A stretch of DNA of 64,000 nt from Camelus ferus (lineage: Eukaryota): contig NC_045696.1 of assembly GCF_009834535.1 (NCBI RefSeq), forward strand, positions 79,734,001 to 79,798,000, in the 5' to 3' direction. Shown here one piece after another: positions 50,431 through 64,000 of the stretch (position 1 is the first letter of the stretch; each line of letters starts with the position of its first letter). The position numbers and the translations under genes were made by a program. Below the pieces are notes generated by a model. That model did not search any database and had not been told where the DNA came from. It saw only the letters and a list, made by a program, of their open reading frames with translations.

Positions 50431-53400
50431 ACAAGGAGGCTGCTTGTGTGACTGACCTCACCTCTATTAATTTATGTGCTGTTACATAAATTATCTCATT
50501 TGATTCTCACATGATTCTCATGTATCCAATCATTCTTATTTCTTGCAACTCCAAACTAAACGCTCTTTCCACTATGCAATACCACGTTGTAGGCACCTTT
50601 CTAACGTGCTCTCCGATGCACTGTAGCAGATGTTCACATTGTACCAGGCACAAAGAAGTACAGTTGCTTTGATGCCATTATTCCCATTTAGTGACTTAGT
50701 GATCAGTAGATGGTTTGGCAATTTCAAGTTTGAAATACCTGGAATCCGCTCATGTGGAAGTTTTATATACACATTATTTCTTTTGAATTTAGACTTCTGA
50801 AATGTAAGGATCATCCTTACACTTGCAACTAAAGATCTTATAAAAAAAAAAAAACACCTAAAATATAATGTCTTTCTGAACAAATTTAATCCATAAACTT
50901 GTTAACCATAAATTGCCAATTAATTTTGTTAACATTTAAAAAGGAGTCCCACCCAATAAAACAGCCGTAAAGTTGAATACCTAGTTATTAAATTTAAAAA
51001 ATGTTTTTTGAAGGAAGGGAAAATAGAAATCCCAATCGATGGCAGTGCAGTGCAGAGGAATTTATTATCCTATGGTCCAAAAAGTACACAGTTTGACAGT
51101 GAATGTCTCAAGTTCAAGTCTTAGGTCTGGTAAAATTCTCATGGTGACCCCTTGAGTTGTTTAATCTCTTTGTTTCCTCATGAGTAAAATAAGGGTAATA
51201 ATATTTATGCAAAAGAGTTGTTGTGAGAGACAAATGGAATAATCCAGTGAGATAACTTTGCACACTGGGGGTAACTGTTGGCTTTTATTATTATTCATAT
51301 AATACTTCACAGTATGTTTTATTTTGTATTTAATAAGCATTGTGAGCCTAATTCATTCTCCCTTCTGATAATGGTGAAATATTCCTTATGGATACTTGGA
51401 TAAAAGAGAAGAAAAACTGCTTATATAGGGACACCTCTCATTCTGCCTCTTCTAAAAGTAGATCTCTTGAAACTGCATCAATCCCATGTCCCCACAGAAG
51501 CATGTTCATTATTCCTACCATAGTCCTCAACACAGCCATACACTCATTTGAATAACAAACGTGTACTGAGGGCCCATTACGTTCCAGGCTCTGAAGGAAC
51601 TAGCCATCAGTATAGAAAAAGGACTGCAAAGCATTTCTGCCTCTCCAGCAGTTCACTATCTTGTAAGAGAATGTCTTCTCTGTACAAAGCTATTTATCTA
51701 TACATCCCTCTCCCCACCCCACACCCTTACCCCCAGCTATAAGCTCTAAAATGCCAAGAACCCTATCTTGGTCATCCTTAGTTTTCTTTATAACACATAA
51801 CACAGTACATTTCTTGTGGCAGGTGTTCAATAAATGATTATTCGATTGAAGAAATATTTTGTAGTGTGTTTTCAAAAATATCAAGGTGCACTCATGGACT
51901 AACAAGTAAGATGTTTTTCCTCATAATGTCTCTCTGGTTACATTTAACAGCAAGTTAAAATTAGATCCTTTTCTTTCTTTCTTTTTTTTTTTTTAAGAAA
52001 GAAAACCATAGCAACTGTGATGTTGAAAGTTTCAGAGAGCAAATTTTGAAGGATTCTCTTTTTCTGAATTGTCCATGTTTGAGCTGCCTATTTCCATCAA
52101 AATGCTAATAAAAATGTGTCATACTAATAGACATGCAAACCACTGATTGTATCTACAAAGCAACAGAATCTCCCACATAAAAGAGAATGCTTGATAAAAA
52201 ATGCTTGCAGAAAAAAATAAGTGTGTTGAAGATCTACTGAATAAATTTTAAAAGGCTGCCCCTGTGGAAATGATTGAACATTAACCTCTTTTTGTTTCTA
52301 TTACCTGCATTTGTTATAAAACCTTCAAGATTGTTCTAATGTTTTATATCAATATTTGCTGGAGATCTTTTTTTTTAAGGCATGCCTCTACGAGGAAATC
52401 AATTTCACAGTCTTCTAAATTAAAGATTGGGCATTTTTACAGAATGTTATCAGTGAATACCTCTTTGTCATACATAATGACTGTCTAATAGTTTTCTCTG
52501 AATGTATTTTTATTGAAGTAATGATTAAAGTGTAACTCAGCACCTCAGGAACACTGACTAATGTCATGTTAATCAACTTGACTACTAAAAAAAACTGAAG
52601 AGGTTGATAGTTTAAATCTAGTTGGTAGATGATTCACTTGAACTATCAAAGAAGAAAATGTACTTTACCCAGGACCAAATTTAAAACAAAACCAAACAAA
52701 ATCTAGCAAAACACCTCAGAAACAACTCTCACAAAGTTAAAAAAGCCATACCTTTAGAAAAATCCAATTTTGTTTCTCTTAAATTGTTTAAATTAGCCTT
52801 TGATTCACAGTATCCATATTGATCGGCATCTATTGAATGTCGACTCTGCAAAGCACTGAACTAATGTCAAGATAAGTAGAGCATATTTCTGCTTTCAGGA
52901 AGCTTATTGGAAAAAATAAGTCATTCATGCATAACTGCAATGTAGAAAATAAGGACTATAAATGCCGTCAGTGCTCCAAGGAGGGAGAGATGGATAACCT
53001 CTGGCGAGGGCTGGCCAGGTAGAATGGGGTGGAAAACAGGAAGACAGAGAATTCTTAGCAGACAGACTGAAAATAAGTTATCTTTTGGAAGTAACAAGAG
53101 GTTCAGCTTGACTTCAGAGCAGTTTACAGAAGGAGTGCTAAATAAGTCTGGAAACACACATTGGGCGAGCTGGTGAAAGGCCTTAAATTCCGTATTATTT
53201 AAATGCAGTTGTATAATTTTTTTTAAAAGCTGTAAGTGAGCAGTTTCATAACTCTTCTGTAGACACGCAAGAATTTTTTATTAAGAACAGGCTCTAAAAC
53301 TGAAGCTGAAGTCACCTGCTTTGGAACCAACATGAAAAAATATTGGTTGGGTTTGGCCATGCTTTTTCTGCCTATACATTTAGGCCACTTTTAGACAGAA

Positions 53401-56312
53401 TATTTATTCTGGTTTTTCTGAGGGGACCTGAATTACCTGTTTCTTAGACAAATTTAGAATAATTGCTCTTCCAGATGTTTGAAAACGAAACATCTGCTTA
53501 CAAATATTTTCCCTCTGATTGCTCTATACACCAGGTACACCTTTTCACCCTCTATTATTGTTTCTTATGAAAAAGAACTTCACTGAAGAACAAAATTACA
53601 ATTTCTACAGAGAGCTTTAAGAGCTAATGAAAAAACAGTCAGAAGCTTGTTTCTGAAAAGCAATAAAATTTTCTTTCTTGAAAAGAAAAATGTGTGCTGT
53701 TGGGATGGGGGGTACAGACAACTGGCAGGAAGACTGAAGTAGGGGAATGTGAAGGGAAAATAGGCAGAGAAAGGGCGGAGTAGAGGGAGTGAGGGAGAGT
53801 CCCAAAATTAGTGGTTGTGAAGATAAGTTTACGTGTTCCAGAGATATGAAAAGAAATACAGAAGAGAGACGTAATGCTGCTGTAGACATTAAGAATGATA
53901 CTAACTACAACCAACTACAGATATTCTGACACGTTTTAGCCTCTGGTGCTTGAAGCAGAGAGAGAGTTTAGAAAAATTATCTAGGGGGGATACCATGAAA
54001 ATTTTGAAACAGCTTACCCACATTTCCTGTTTATATTTTTGAAGTTGACAGTAAGAACAAATATGAATCAGAGATCCTTAAAATCAGATATTTTGAGCTT
54101 TGAACAAGTTTCAAGAGCTTCACGTCTCTTTTGCTTCACAGATAGTATTGGACAAAGAGGACATAAATATAATTTCTATAGTATTCATAAGAGTCAAGTT
54201 TTATCTGGAACTTAGCCACTGTGGTACATACACTTTACTCAAAATTTCAACTATACATGTTGGGTGTTGAAGTTATGCTAATTCCATTTCTGCATCTCTG
54301 CTACTGAAAGAAACCTATTGGTGTAGATGTATATCTTGAGTGTCCATCCACTGGAGATTGTAATTCAAAGACTGAAGCTGACTTTTACTCAAACCAAATC
54401 ATATGTGGCATAAGAGCAACAATAAGATAGAGTGATCGTCAAGACAGTTTTTCCCTCACTACTCTAAGTAGCCACCTTAGTGATCCAAGCGATATATTGG
54501 ATGCCAACCATGAATCCAAGAGAGGAAAAGGAAACAGGGTCTTGCCTGAAGTAAAGCTGTGCTGATGGGTCTTAAGATAACCAGTCATGACTATCTTCTT
54601 CAATACTGAGCATAACATAAACTGGAAACATTTTTAATCTTTGAGGTATTGTTCCCCCCCCCAATAGACATACAACTCTAATACACCAGTATAAATCACT
54701 AGGGAAATATTTTTCTGGTATTCAACTTTTGCAAATTAACATCCAAGATAGCTGTTATTGGAATTACTGGAATTCGATCTTTCTTATGAGATAATATAGG
54801 TCAGCATAGTAGATTTTTTATGTCCACATTTGACCTAAACCTTTTCTGATGACACAAATATACAATGGTAGGAGGAAGAAAGTGCCTCAAAGGTTAGACT
54901 CATGTACAGTTTTGTTTCTTCCTTTACTTTCCTTAAGTATTACTGGGTCAAATTTCACAGTCTTTAAAAGTTTTTCTAGGGCAAACCTGTCTTGCAAGCA
55001 AACAAATGAAAATAATCAACAACATCCACAAAATTGTAAGTTTTGAGAAACTTCCCAAGACTTTATTATCTTGACTCAGGCACTGTCCCTGTGGTAGAAA
55101 AATGAAAGAGAAGAAAGAATAGTGTTAGCTTTCATTTCGTTATCTTATTATCATACTCAGCCCTTCTTTCTTGCATTTTCTCTTCTCTTTGTGTTCTGAG
55201 GTAAGTCTCCTATTAGCCATCCTAAAGAACAGCATGCTTTAGAGGAAGTACCCCAAGCTAACAGTTAGTGAGTGGAAGTCCCAGGGAGGAAACAGGAATC
55301 CAGGTTCTGTTAATGACCAAAAGCCAATTGGGATAAGCAACTTAACCCCTCTATTTCTTAGTTTCTTTGAAAAATGTGTTCGTTATTCCTATTTATCCTA
55401 CAGAGTTGTTTCCAGGATAGAATATGATAGGTGAAAGAGTCTTAAAAATGGGAACAAAATATACTACATAATTATTTGGTCTTAACGTATTTTGTATTTT
55501 GAAACTAATCTAGAAGCAAAAATAGTATTCAGAAACCTTTGAATCAAAAGAGTGTTGGTTATATTTTTGAACATCAGTGATTTAGGAAAGTGCCTCATCT
55601 TCAAACAGTACAACATTGATACCATTGCTACAAAGATATTAATACAGTAGGACTCAAGATAAATATATGGCTTCACATTTAATGAGAAGGTGAAGGTCAT
55701 GCTCTTATGCTTTCAAGTCAGTTCTGAACGATGGTTACCTTTAAAGCTGTTTAAGCTTAAGATTTTCATTTCTAATAGAAGAAACAAACTGAGGAAACAT
55801 TGTGCTCATAACATTTCTGGAAGCCTTTCAGAGGAAGCAGCTGTGGTTTCTTCAGACTCCCAAGTCTATTATGCAGGTTAGCAGTATATTTTATAATGAG
55901 TTCTAGACCACCTGCCTTTCTGAGGAAATTAATATTGAGTCAGATTTTGTCTTTTTTGTCCTCAGTGGCTATGTATAACGTTTTCCTATTCGATGAATTT
56001 GGGCACCCCATAAAAAAAAAAGTTCACTCAACGTTGTTCAGCTATAGATGATTATTTTTAAGACATTGTCTAAATGTGTTTTCAACAAATTCTTGGCAAG
56101 TTTTGAGACTGAAACATATTACTTCCTTAGTAAAACAGCAGATAATGTACATACAGTTTTACTTTTAAGGTTATGAATACCTATAATAAATACAACAGTA
56201 TTTTAAATGAATTTGACTATAGCCTGACTATACTAAAGACATTGGAATTTCAAAATTTTGTTTTAATTATTTTTCTTCTTCTTACCCCTACAGGAGTTTC
56301 AGGGGGGAATCA

Positions 56313-56924
56313 ATGGATTCAGGAAGCAGTAGGAGTGTGGAGAATACAGTAAATAGGGTCTATCCTGGTCAACTCATTCCAAAGATGAACACAAGCAAGA
56401 AAATGTCCACCCTGGCAAACCCACCCAGCATCCTGGAAATGCCACGAGAGATTAAGAAAAGCTGTAGAGATAGACAAGTAGAAATCACAATTGAAAGAAT
56501 AAAAATGGCAAAGAGCATCAAAGAAAAACAAAGCAATGATTTAGAGAAAGTGGCCTTTAAAAGGAAGGCAGATGGTGAAGAAAAGCCAGCTGGAAAGAAA
56601 GAGGCAAAGATGATAGAACTTGACAGTCCGTTGATCACCCTGCCCCTGCCTCATATCCCCTTAAAGAATATCATGGATGTGGAGGTGAAGTTGGTCTACG
56701 TCGATGAAGAGGACGTGAGCTATGAGTTTGTAAAGTCCTTCATGCCCACTGGGATTCGGCCAATATACCGAGCTGCTGAAATAGTTTACCCTTTGCGTGT
56801 GCTGAATTTCAGCATTCCGCCTCAGATTGACAAATGGCTTCAGGTAGCCTTAAAGGATGCCAGCTCTTGCTACAGACAGAAGAAATACGCCGTGGCGGCA
56901 GGACAGTTCAGAACAGCACTGGAG
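56313..56924 (+). CDS. SPATA16: SPATA16 (spermatogenesis-associated protein 16) first coding exon (exon 2; exon 56294-56924, 204 codons, phase-0 donor); gene continues beyond the window
   Basis: ORF MDSGSSRSVENTVNRVY...PLPHIPLKNIMDVEVKLVY...PQIDKWLQVALKDASSCYRQKKYAVAAGQFRTALE matches the SPATA16 N-terminus as I recall it, ending at the start of the TPR region. A polypyrimidine tract and CAG acceptor end at 56293, ATG is at 56313, and the GAG|GTATGG donor is at 56924/56925. The ORF track's last three residues (VWD) are intronic. Confidence 0.95.
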
Positions 56925-58600
56925 GTATGGGATTAAAGAAAATGTAGATTGGTGACAGGAAGCTGTGAAAGGGAGAGCTGTAATTACATTAGCAGCTCTG
57001 ATCATTCTGTAATGAACAGTGATCATGGGATGAAAATACCAAATGATATCGGGGCTATGCAGGTCCCAGTTTACATAAATAGGATGTGCCTGCAAATTAA
57101 TATGCCTGTGTGCACTTGACATACAGAAATCACCCCCAAAAGCATATCTCATGCTTTTTCTTTAACAAACTCAGCAGTGAATGGTCATATATTAAATGCA
57201 GTTGGTTTTGTAATTTAGATGTACACCTATAAAAGCCAAAAAGTTTTAGTACAGGGGTGGTGAGCAGAATATAGATTCTCAAGAAATAGGCAGTTAATGA
57301 GTATACAAAGGGTCCCCTTTTGACATGTAGTCTTCATGATTAAACATAACCATCTTTACTCTTTAGCATGTGCTGATAATTTATGCATAATACTGATTAA
57401 AAGCAAAATAACACCATTCTACCTTCCCATCAAACTTCACTTTCCTTCCCATTCTACTAAGCCTTATGAATAATTATTTTTCTCTCTGGAAGCAGGTAAG
57501 TTGGTCAATATCTCGGCATAAAGAAACAGCCCATGAGCTAAAATAAATGTGAGACTCACCAATAAAACACAAAAAAAGGTAGTGGGAAAAATTGCACCAT
57601 CTCATGACTCAATGAATTTATAAAACGACCAGAGTGTATAACCAGACGCCCCACTGGCTTGGCAATATTGGTGACTGAGTATTTCATTAATTACAAAAAA
57701 AAAGGTTTTTTCAATGCATTTTATATAGGCCTAGAGGCCACTGGAGATACAAGAGCTGAGTTAAGACATGGTGCCTTTCCTCTAAAAGTCCAGTAAGGTA
57801 GATAAACCAGTGAACAGAAATAGAGACGGCATAAAGGAGTGATTGATCCACCATGGGACATGGGGCATGGGCAGTGTGAGAGGTCTGTGATGGAGATTTA
57901 AAGAGTAAAGTATTATCTCCACTGTTACTTGCCAGTTAAAATGACTACATCTACAATGAATTATTAATACACAATATGAGACTAAGGTGCCCCTGAATAT
58001 TTAAAAAGAAACTCTAAGCACAAAAATAGGAGGCCCAAAGAGACATGAAGTGATGAGGTAGCACACAGTAGATGCATCTATGAATATTTCTGCCTTTATA
58101 AAGTCTCATTCACACAAAGGGAAAAGTGATGCACTATGTAAACTTCTGAACTATATAAAAACTGACCCCCCAAATTAAGTTATCCACCAACCACTGAGAA
58201 TCCCCTGCTGTTCTGTGAGCTAAAGACTAGAAAGAAGCTTCTGACTGAGGAAAGGAAGCTAAGTAAAGACTCCTGGAAGAACTGTGGGCACTTCTGTTAG
58301 GGCTATTTTCAGCTGAAAGTTTTTTGGGGGAGTGGGGGGCAGGGTTAAAGGTGTAATTTTATAGGTAAATAAAAAGAAACATTTTGACAATGGAAAGAAA
58401 AGGCATAAAATAAGACAGAACATAAAATTCAAATTAAGTCTAGGTAGAAGCAAAAGATATCTGCATTCACTGGAAGAAAATATCCACTTTTTTCCATAAA
58501 AATCACTGTTCAAAATTGTAAAATTTGAATCAGATTTTAATGACCCCAAGGTGTGTAACTGTACAGGAAGATGCTTGTGTTCTGACTCTACTGTGCACAT

Positions 58601-58617
58601 TCTCTCTCTCTCTCTTC

Positions 58618-58650
<33 letters not shown>
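58601..58650. repeat. Imperfect (CT)n tract
   Basis: Seen directly. Confidence 0.9.
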
Positions 58651-59075
58651 TTCACTTTCTTCCTCTTCTCCCCCTCACTCAAAGGTTTTCTGGAAAGAGT
58701 TGGATGCTGACACTAATTACTGGTAATTAACAAAGGTAATTATTTTGAGACCAAAACTTAGCTTAGACATCTGGCCTAGCTTTTGTCTAATTATCTTGGG
58801 AGTTAACTTTTGAAATCTTACCTAGAATGTCTCTTAATAAACCAGAGTTACTGGGAATATAAAAGATTTTTAACCTCTTTAACTCTTTCCTCTCCTGAAT
58901 TTAATTTCTCTTAAATTTAACTTCCTCAGTACGGAGTGTTCTCGGGCATTATTTAATGTCTCTCTTGCTTTTCCTTAGGTCCTAACATGACTTTGAGTAA
59001 GATAGGGTGGCTGAACAGAGACCACGGCATAATGATAAAGATCACACATAAGAGACAGATGCATCAATATTTCAG

Positions 59076-59567
59076 TGTGTGGAGTTAGGATCAAATTTTG
59101 GGTGCAAGTGACAGAAACCCAAAATAACTGTGTCTAAAGCAAGAGAGGTTTTTCTTCCCCACATAAATGTTAGGCAACCAAGCGCTGGTATGGGGTATGG
59201 GGCGATCATCAGGGTGCCAGATGCTATTTTGTCCCTCAGGATGTGGCTTGTACTTCATGATCCAAAATGGCAGCTCCTGCTGGTGTCATCACATACACCT
59301 TCTGGCCATCCAGGAGGGGCAAGAGGAAGGGAAGAGGCACACTGCGTCCTGCCAAGCACACTTTATGGAAGTATCAACACCGTTTCTAGTCTTCTTTTTT
59401 CTTTTTTTTTCATTAACCCAAATTTAGTTATGTGGCTGCACAAACCTACAAGTGAGACTGGAAAATATGGTCTTTATTCCCAATGGCCCTAACATTCAGG
59501 GGTGCTATTACTGAGGAAGAAGGGGAGAATAGATATGGATACTGAAGGATAACAAGCAGCTTTCCCA
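59076..59567 (-). mobile_element. MLT1 (MaLR) solo LTR
   Basis: tgcaagtgacagaaacccaaaataactg...tccaaaatggcagctcc...gtgagactggaaaatatggtcttt. Confidence 0.65.
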
Positions 59568-59888
59568 TGGAGGGCTTATTACTTGGGAGGCACTGAGAGG
59601 CATACAAAATGCTCGTCCACTGGGTGGTACAAAGTCAGCTGTACAAGTCGACAGCAGACTGACTGTGGTTAAAGGTAAGATGATGGAAAAGAAATAGAAA
59701 GTAAAAACTGGGGGAAAACCCTGGAAATTTGTGAATATTATTAACTGATACTATAACTTCCAATTTCTCTAATAAACCCATTAGAAATATTCTGCTTATA
59801 TGTTAGTTTCCCTGTGTTCTTAACAAAATATTAAATTCTTTTGTTTTTATAAAATAGTCACTAACTAGATAGATAAATGTATGACTTA

Positions 59889-60258
59889 AAAAAAACTTAT
59901 TGAAGTGTAGTTGATTTACAGTGTTAGTTTCAGGTGTACAGCAAAGTGATTCAGTTATACATATACATGCATATATATTTTTCTTTTCAGATTCTTTTCC
60001 ATTACATGTTATTGCAAGAAACTGAATATAGTTCCCTGTGCTATACAGTACGTCCTTGTGATTTATCATTTTTATATATAGTAATACATGTCTGTTAATC
60101 CCCAACCCCTAATTTATCTCTCCCCACAATTTCCCCTTTGGTAACCATAGTTTGTTTTCTATGTCCATTAGTCTAGTTTTAGTTTGTAAATAGAACTTGT
60201 ATCTTTTTATTTTTAGATTCCACATATAAGTGATACCATATGATATTTTTCTTTCTCT
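59889..60258 (-). mobile_element. Artiodactyl-type L1 3'UTR fragment
   Basis: ttattgaagtgtagttgatttacagtgttagtttcaggtgtacagcaaagtgattcagttatac...ttagattccacatataagtgata. Confidence 0.85.
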
Positions 60259-61045
60259 AGTATTTTATAATGAACAAGATAAAAATGGTATGCAATGATT
60301 CAGAAGATAACAATTTAGCTTCCAAAAAGCAGTCAACTTTAATCTCTTAGGATTTCAGAACACAGGTGTTTATTTAAATGTGCTTCATGAAATAACTTTT
60401 TTTTCTATGCCTTCTTTTTACTATATAAAGTTGAACCAGTTAGGTAGGTAAGATTAGCCCTTAGCTCTGTAACCAATTCATCAATCTTTGTTAAAATCAG
60501 TTATCATTTGCTCTTCTGTTTGAAATCACAGCAGAAGTCACACCAGAGGGCAAAAGGTATAAACTGAAGATAAAAACACAACTCTATATTAAATCACATT
60601 TTTATGCCTAGGTGTTATTACCTGCAACTTTTAAAGAATAAGTATATAAATTCACCCTCTAGTAAAAATAGTAGGGATTCTATTAAAATGAAGAAATATA
60701 AGACACTATCCTCATGTAGTTGCATTTGCATTTTAAGCAATACACACATTTTCAACAAATTGCTTAGCTGTCAATAAAAATTATGAAGAGATTAATTAAT
60801 AAACATTCTAGCTGCACTGTTCATGGGGAAAAGAATAATTATTGATAAAGTAAAGACCTATAGGAAAACTTAAGGTCTGGAAATATACTGATCATATTTT
60901 TCTTGTCATTTATAAACATTCAAAGAAATTATTAAAGGTTCTCAAAAGTTTGCAGCATGCAATCTAAACCGTACCATTATTTCAACCTTACTCTTAAGAT
61001 CTCAATAATTGAGAAACTTTCACTTTTTGAATTAGAATAGATCTA

Positions 61046-61866
61046 CAATGAGGTATCACCTCACACCAGTCAGAATGGCCATCATTCAAAAGTCCATGAA
61101 TGATAAATGCTGGAGAGGGTGTGGAGAAAAGGGAACCCTCCTACACTGCTGGTGGGAATGTAGTTTGGTGCAGCCATTATGGAAAACAGTATGGAGATTC
61201 CTCAAAAAACTAAAAACAGACTTACCATATGATCCAGCAATCCCACTTCTGGGTATATATCCAGAGGGAACTCTAATTTGAAAAGATACATGTGCCCCAA
61301 TGTTCATAGCAGCACTATTTAGATAGCCAAGACATGGAAACAACCTAAATGTCCATCGACAGATGACTGGATAAAGAAGTTGTGCTATATTTATACAATG
61401 GAATACTACTCAGCCATAAAAATAATAAAATAATGCCACTTGTAGCAACATGGATGGACCTAGAGGTGGTCATTCTAAGTGAAGTAAGCCAGAAAGGGAA
61501 AGAAAAACACCAGTATGATATCACTTATTTGTGGAATCTAAAAAAAAAAGAAAAAGAAAAAGAAAAAAAAGGGCATTATGAACTCATCTACAAAACAGAA
61601 ACTGACTCGCAGACATAGTAAACAATCTATGGTTACCAGGGAAAGGGGGTGGGACGGGATAAATTTGGGAATTTGAGATTTACTAAAAACAGATTTTAAA
61701 AAAAAGTTTCTTCTGTATAGTGGAGGGAACTACACTCAATATCTTGTAATAACCTTTAATGAAAAAGAATATGAAAATGAATATGTGTATGTATATGCGT
61801 AACTGGGACATTGTGCTGTACACCAGAAATTGACACATTGTAACTGACTATACTTCAATTAAAAAA
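61046..61866 (+). mobile_element. Lineage-specific 5'-truncated L1, sense to SPATA16 in intron 2
   Basis: ORF2 C-terminal peptide [16 protein letters not shown]...[18 protein letters not shown]...[15 protein letters not shown], 3'UTR and poly-A. 12-bp TSD AGAATAGATCTA (61034-61045, 61867-61878). Confidence 0.92.
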
Positions 61867-62324
61867 AGAATAGATCTATACATGCCTTTCAAGATTCGTA
61901 GCTTCAAGCAATCCCACTGAACCACTCAAAGAAGACAGAACACAGCTTAACCCTCACCAAACAGAATTTAAAATTCTTCCTACTTCATCACATAGGAACT
62001 CCTTGAGGTGCTAATCTTTTTTTTAATATCTTGATGCTATAGTCACTGATCTGTGAAGTTAGACTAATAACTCACATTTATGGAGCTCTTTCTATGTCCA
62101 GTACTGTATTTTACATTCTGGGAATATTTACATTCCATTTTCCATTTTTTTCTAACAACAAACATATGAGATGTGACTGTGACTGTTCTTTTGTTGCTAA
62201 TAAGTAAACTAAGGGAGATATAGGTTAAATAACTTGCTCAAGGGTCAACAGTTAAAAGTGGTAGAGCCAAGAGATAGACCAGGGTGGTCCGGTTCAGAGC
62301 TCACCACCTTAACCACTATGTCTT

Positions 62325-62445
62325 TACTACTCAAAATGTGAGTTTGTTGGAAATACAGAACTTTGAGCTGTGCCAGACCTGCAGAATCAGGATCTGCATG
62401 TTAACATCCCAAGGTGTCCTTGTCCGCGTTGCCGTTTGAGGAACT
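62325..62445. mobile_element. MER5-like hAT-Charlie fragment (second copy ~63550-63675)
   Basis: ttgttggaaatacagaa...ccagacctgcagaatcaggatctgcatgttaaca; second copy ttaaaaatgcagattctga...ggaccactctgagtagca. Confidence 0.6.
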
Positions 62446-64000
62446 TTTACACTGTGTGAGATGCTGACGTTGAACAAAGTTGCCCTTCAATTAAAACTTT
62501 GCAGTTTGATTCCCAATTTAAAATGCTCTATGCCCCTCACTAATTTCATAGGAAAGAATTTCTTTTTAAGCATTTTTTTCTATAAAAATATAGTTCAGAA
62601 CTTTGGGATTTCAAGGGTAATAAAATTAAAAAAAATTGGAGAAGGGAGAAAATTGATTTTATATTTTTTATTGCGCAAGAACATTACAAAAATTACCATC
62701 TATTTCATCATTATTTCATAAAAATATGGAGCAGTTTAACATTGAAAAGATAGAAAGAAAATAGGGCATACTCTCAGAATGAAGTTTTTTTAAAAAAAAG
62801 ATTATAATTCAACTTTATGAAAAGTTGACTAAATTGTCTTTTTTTGTATTGCCCCTTGGATCGGTAAAACATTGGCCTGAGAACCAGCTTTTGGGAATCA
62901 CTGTTCTAGAACACATTCTCTTTATGGTAAACACTAGGTATCCAGGACAATTGAACCCGCACCAGGGCCTTCTTATGAGATTACTTCCAGTGTAATGGAA
63001 TTTGGTATGAGGCAGGTCCATTTTGGAACCCATCCAAGGGGGTTTATTTAATGAAGTAGCAAAGATATCTCATTATAGGGCAGCCTCACCTATAATTGCT
63101 CTGCTGAGAATAATTCTGTAACCAATCTCTAGGGCATGAAAATGTGGACATCCCAGAAAGCTTAATGTAAATGGATTCTAACACAGATAGTTCCTAGTCC
63201 AACGTAATCAGGAAATCAAGTTGACCAAATTCACTGAGTGCCTGAGGGAACCTCACATAACTGTGGATTTGCACAGGGATTCAGTGTGCATTTCTTAAAC
63301 TCCTGCTGAGGTCCAGGCCCTTTTATTGAAATAATCATCATAATAATCCTCAAAAACAGATATTATCAGCCCCATTTCACAGATTAAAAAAAAAAAAAAC
63401 TGATGTTCTATGAAGTTAAAAAGCTTACTTAAAGTGAACCAGCTAGTTTGTGGCATGGCTGAGATCGAATTCAGGTGCCCTGATTTCACGTCAAGAATGA
63501 TTTACACTCTAGCTTTTCATATTTCAATGTGTATAAAAGTTGTGTAGGAGCACTGTTAAAAATGCAGATTCTGATGCTTCAGGTCCCTGATGCAGCACCC
63601 AGATAGAGGCCTCATTTCAGATAAGGTCCCCAGTGATGACCATGCTGCTGTCAGGGACCACTCTGAGTAGCAAGGATTTATGCCATACCAGTGGTAGGTT
63701 TGTGAACGCCTGCCCCATTGCCTATCTGGCAAGTTAGCAATAAGCACGTTCATGTGTCTGGTTCACGTAGCCCTAGGTGGCCACGTGGGTCCAGAGCTGT
63801 GATGGACAGAGCACCAAATCTGGAGTCAGATTATCTGTGTTTGACACTGCTTCTGATAGCTAATTGCTGTGTGACTTTGAGCAACTTTCTGAATGTCTTA
63901 GAGCATTGTTAAGCAGGAATGATAAGAAATAATACTCAACTACAAGGTGCTTTCGTGGAGACTCGCTTGTTAGAAAACATGATGAATTTTAAATCCATGT

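Noticed and set aside
51540..51850. Oppositely oriented L2 3' ends as a miR-28/151-type hairpin
   Set aside because: The tails point outward, are ~200 bp apart and are too degenerate to pair well.
56319..57152. Antisense ORFs overlapping SPATA16 exon 2
   Set aside because: Shadow ORFs of the real coding strand.
1..64000. tRNA, rRNA, snRNA, CRISPR array, NUMT, intact provirus or other novel multi-gene system
   Set aside because: None recognised by eye. A covariance-model search (Rfam/tRNAscan) and RepeatMasker would be needed to exclude small RNAs formally.

Overview
AT-rich, repeat-dense mammalian genomic DNA, not prokaryotic. The young L1 3' ends look artiodactyl-type, and I saw no Alu, B1/B2, BovB/Bov-tA, PRE1, ERE or CanSINE, so a camelid-like host is inferred. 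The window holds the 5' part of one protein-coding gene, SPATA16 (+ strand). It has a small CpG-rich promoter and non-coding exon 1 (~33.25-33.46 kb), a ~22.8 kb intron 1, and the large first coding exon (56294-56924, 204 codons), after which intron 2 runs off the window. The rest is intergenic or intronic sequence of L1, L2, MIR, LTR (MaLR/ERVL/ERV1) and fossil DNA transposons, several of them nested, with readable target-site duplications (TSDs). Apart from the SPATA16 exon and short L1 ORF2 remnants, the ORF track is spurious. The most unusual structure is a ~300 bp inverted duplication (23662-23960 vs 24855-25157) inside an old L2, ~8 kb upstream of SPATA16. Also notable are a germline-type motif cluster at the promoter and a 16-codon uORF in predicted exon 1. 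I found no convincing novel multi-gene system. Repeat family names come from recall of consensus sequences, not a database search, and boundaries without TSDs are approximate.
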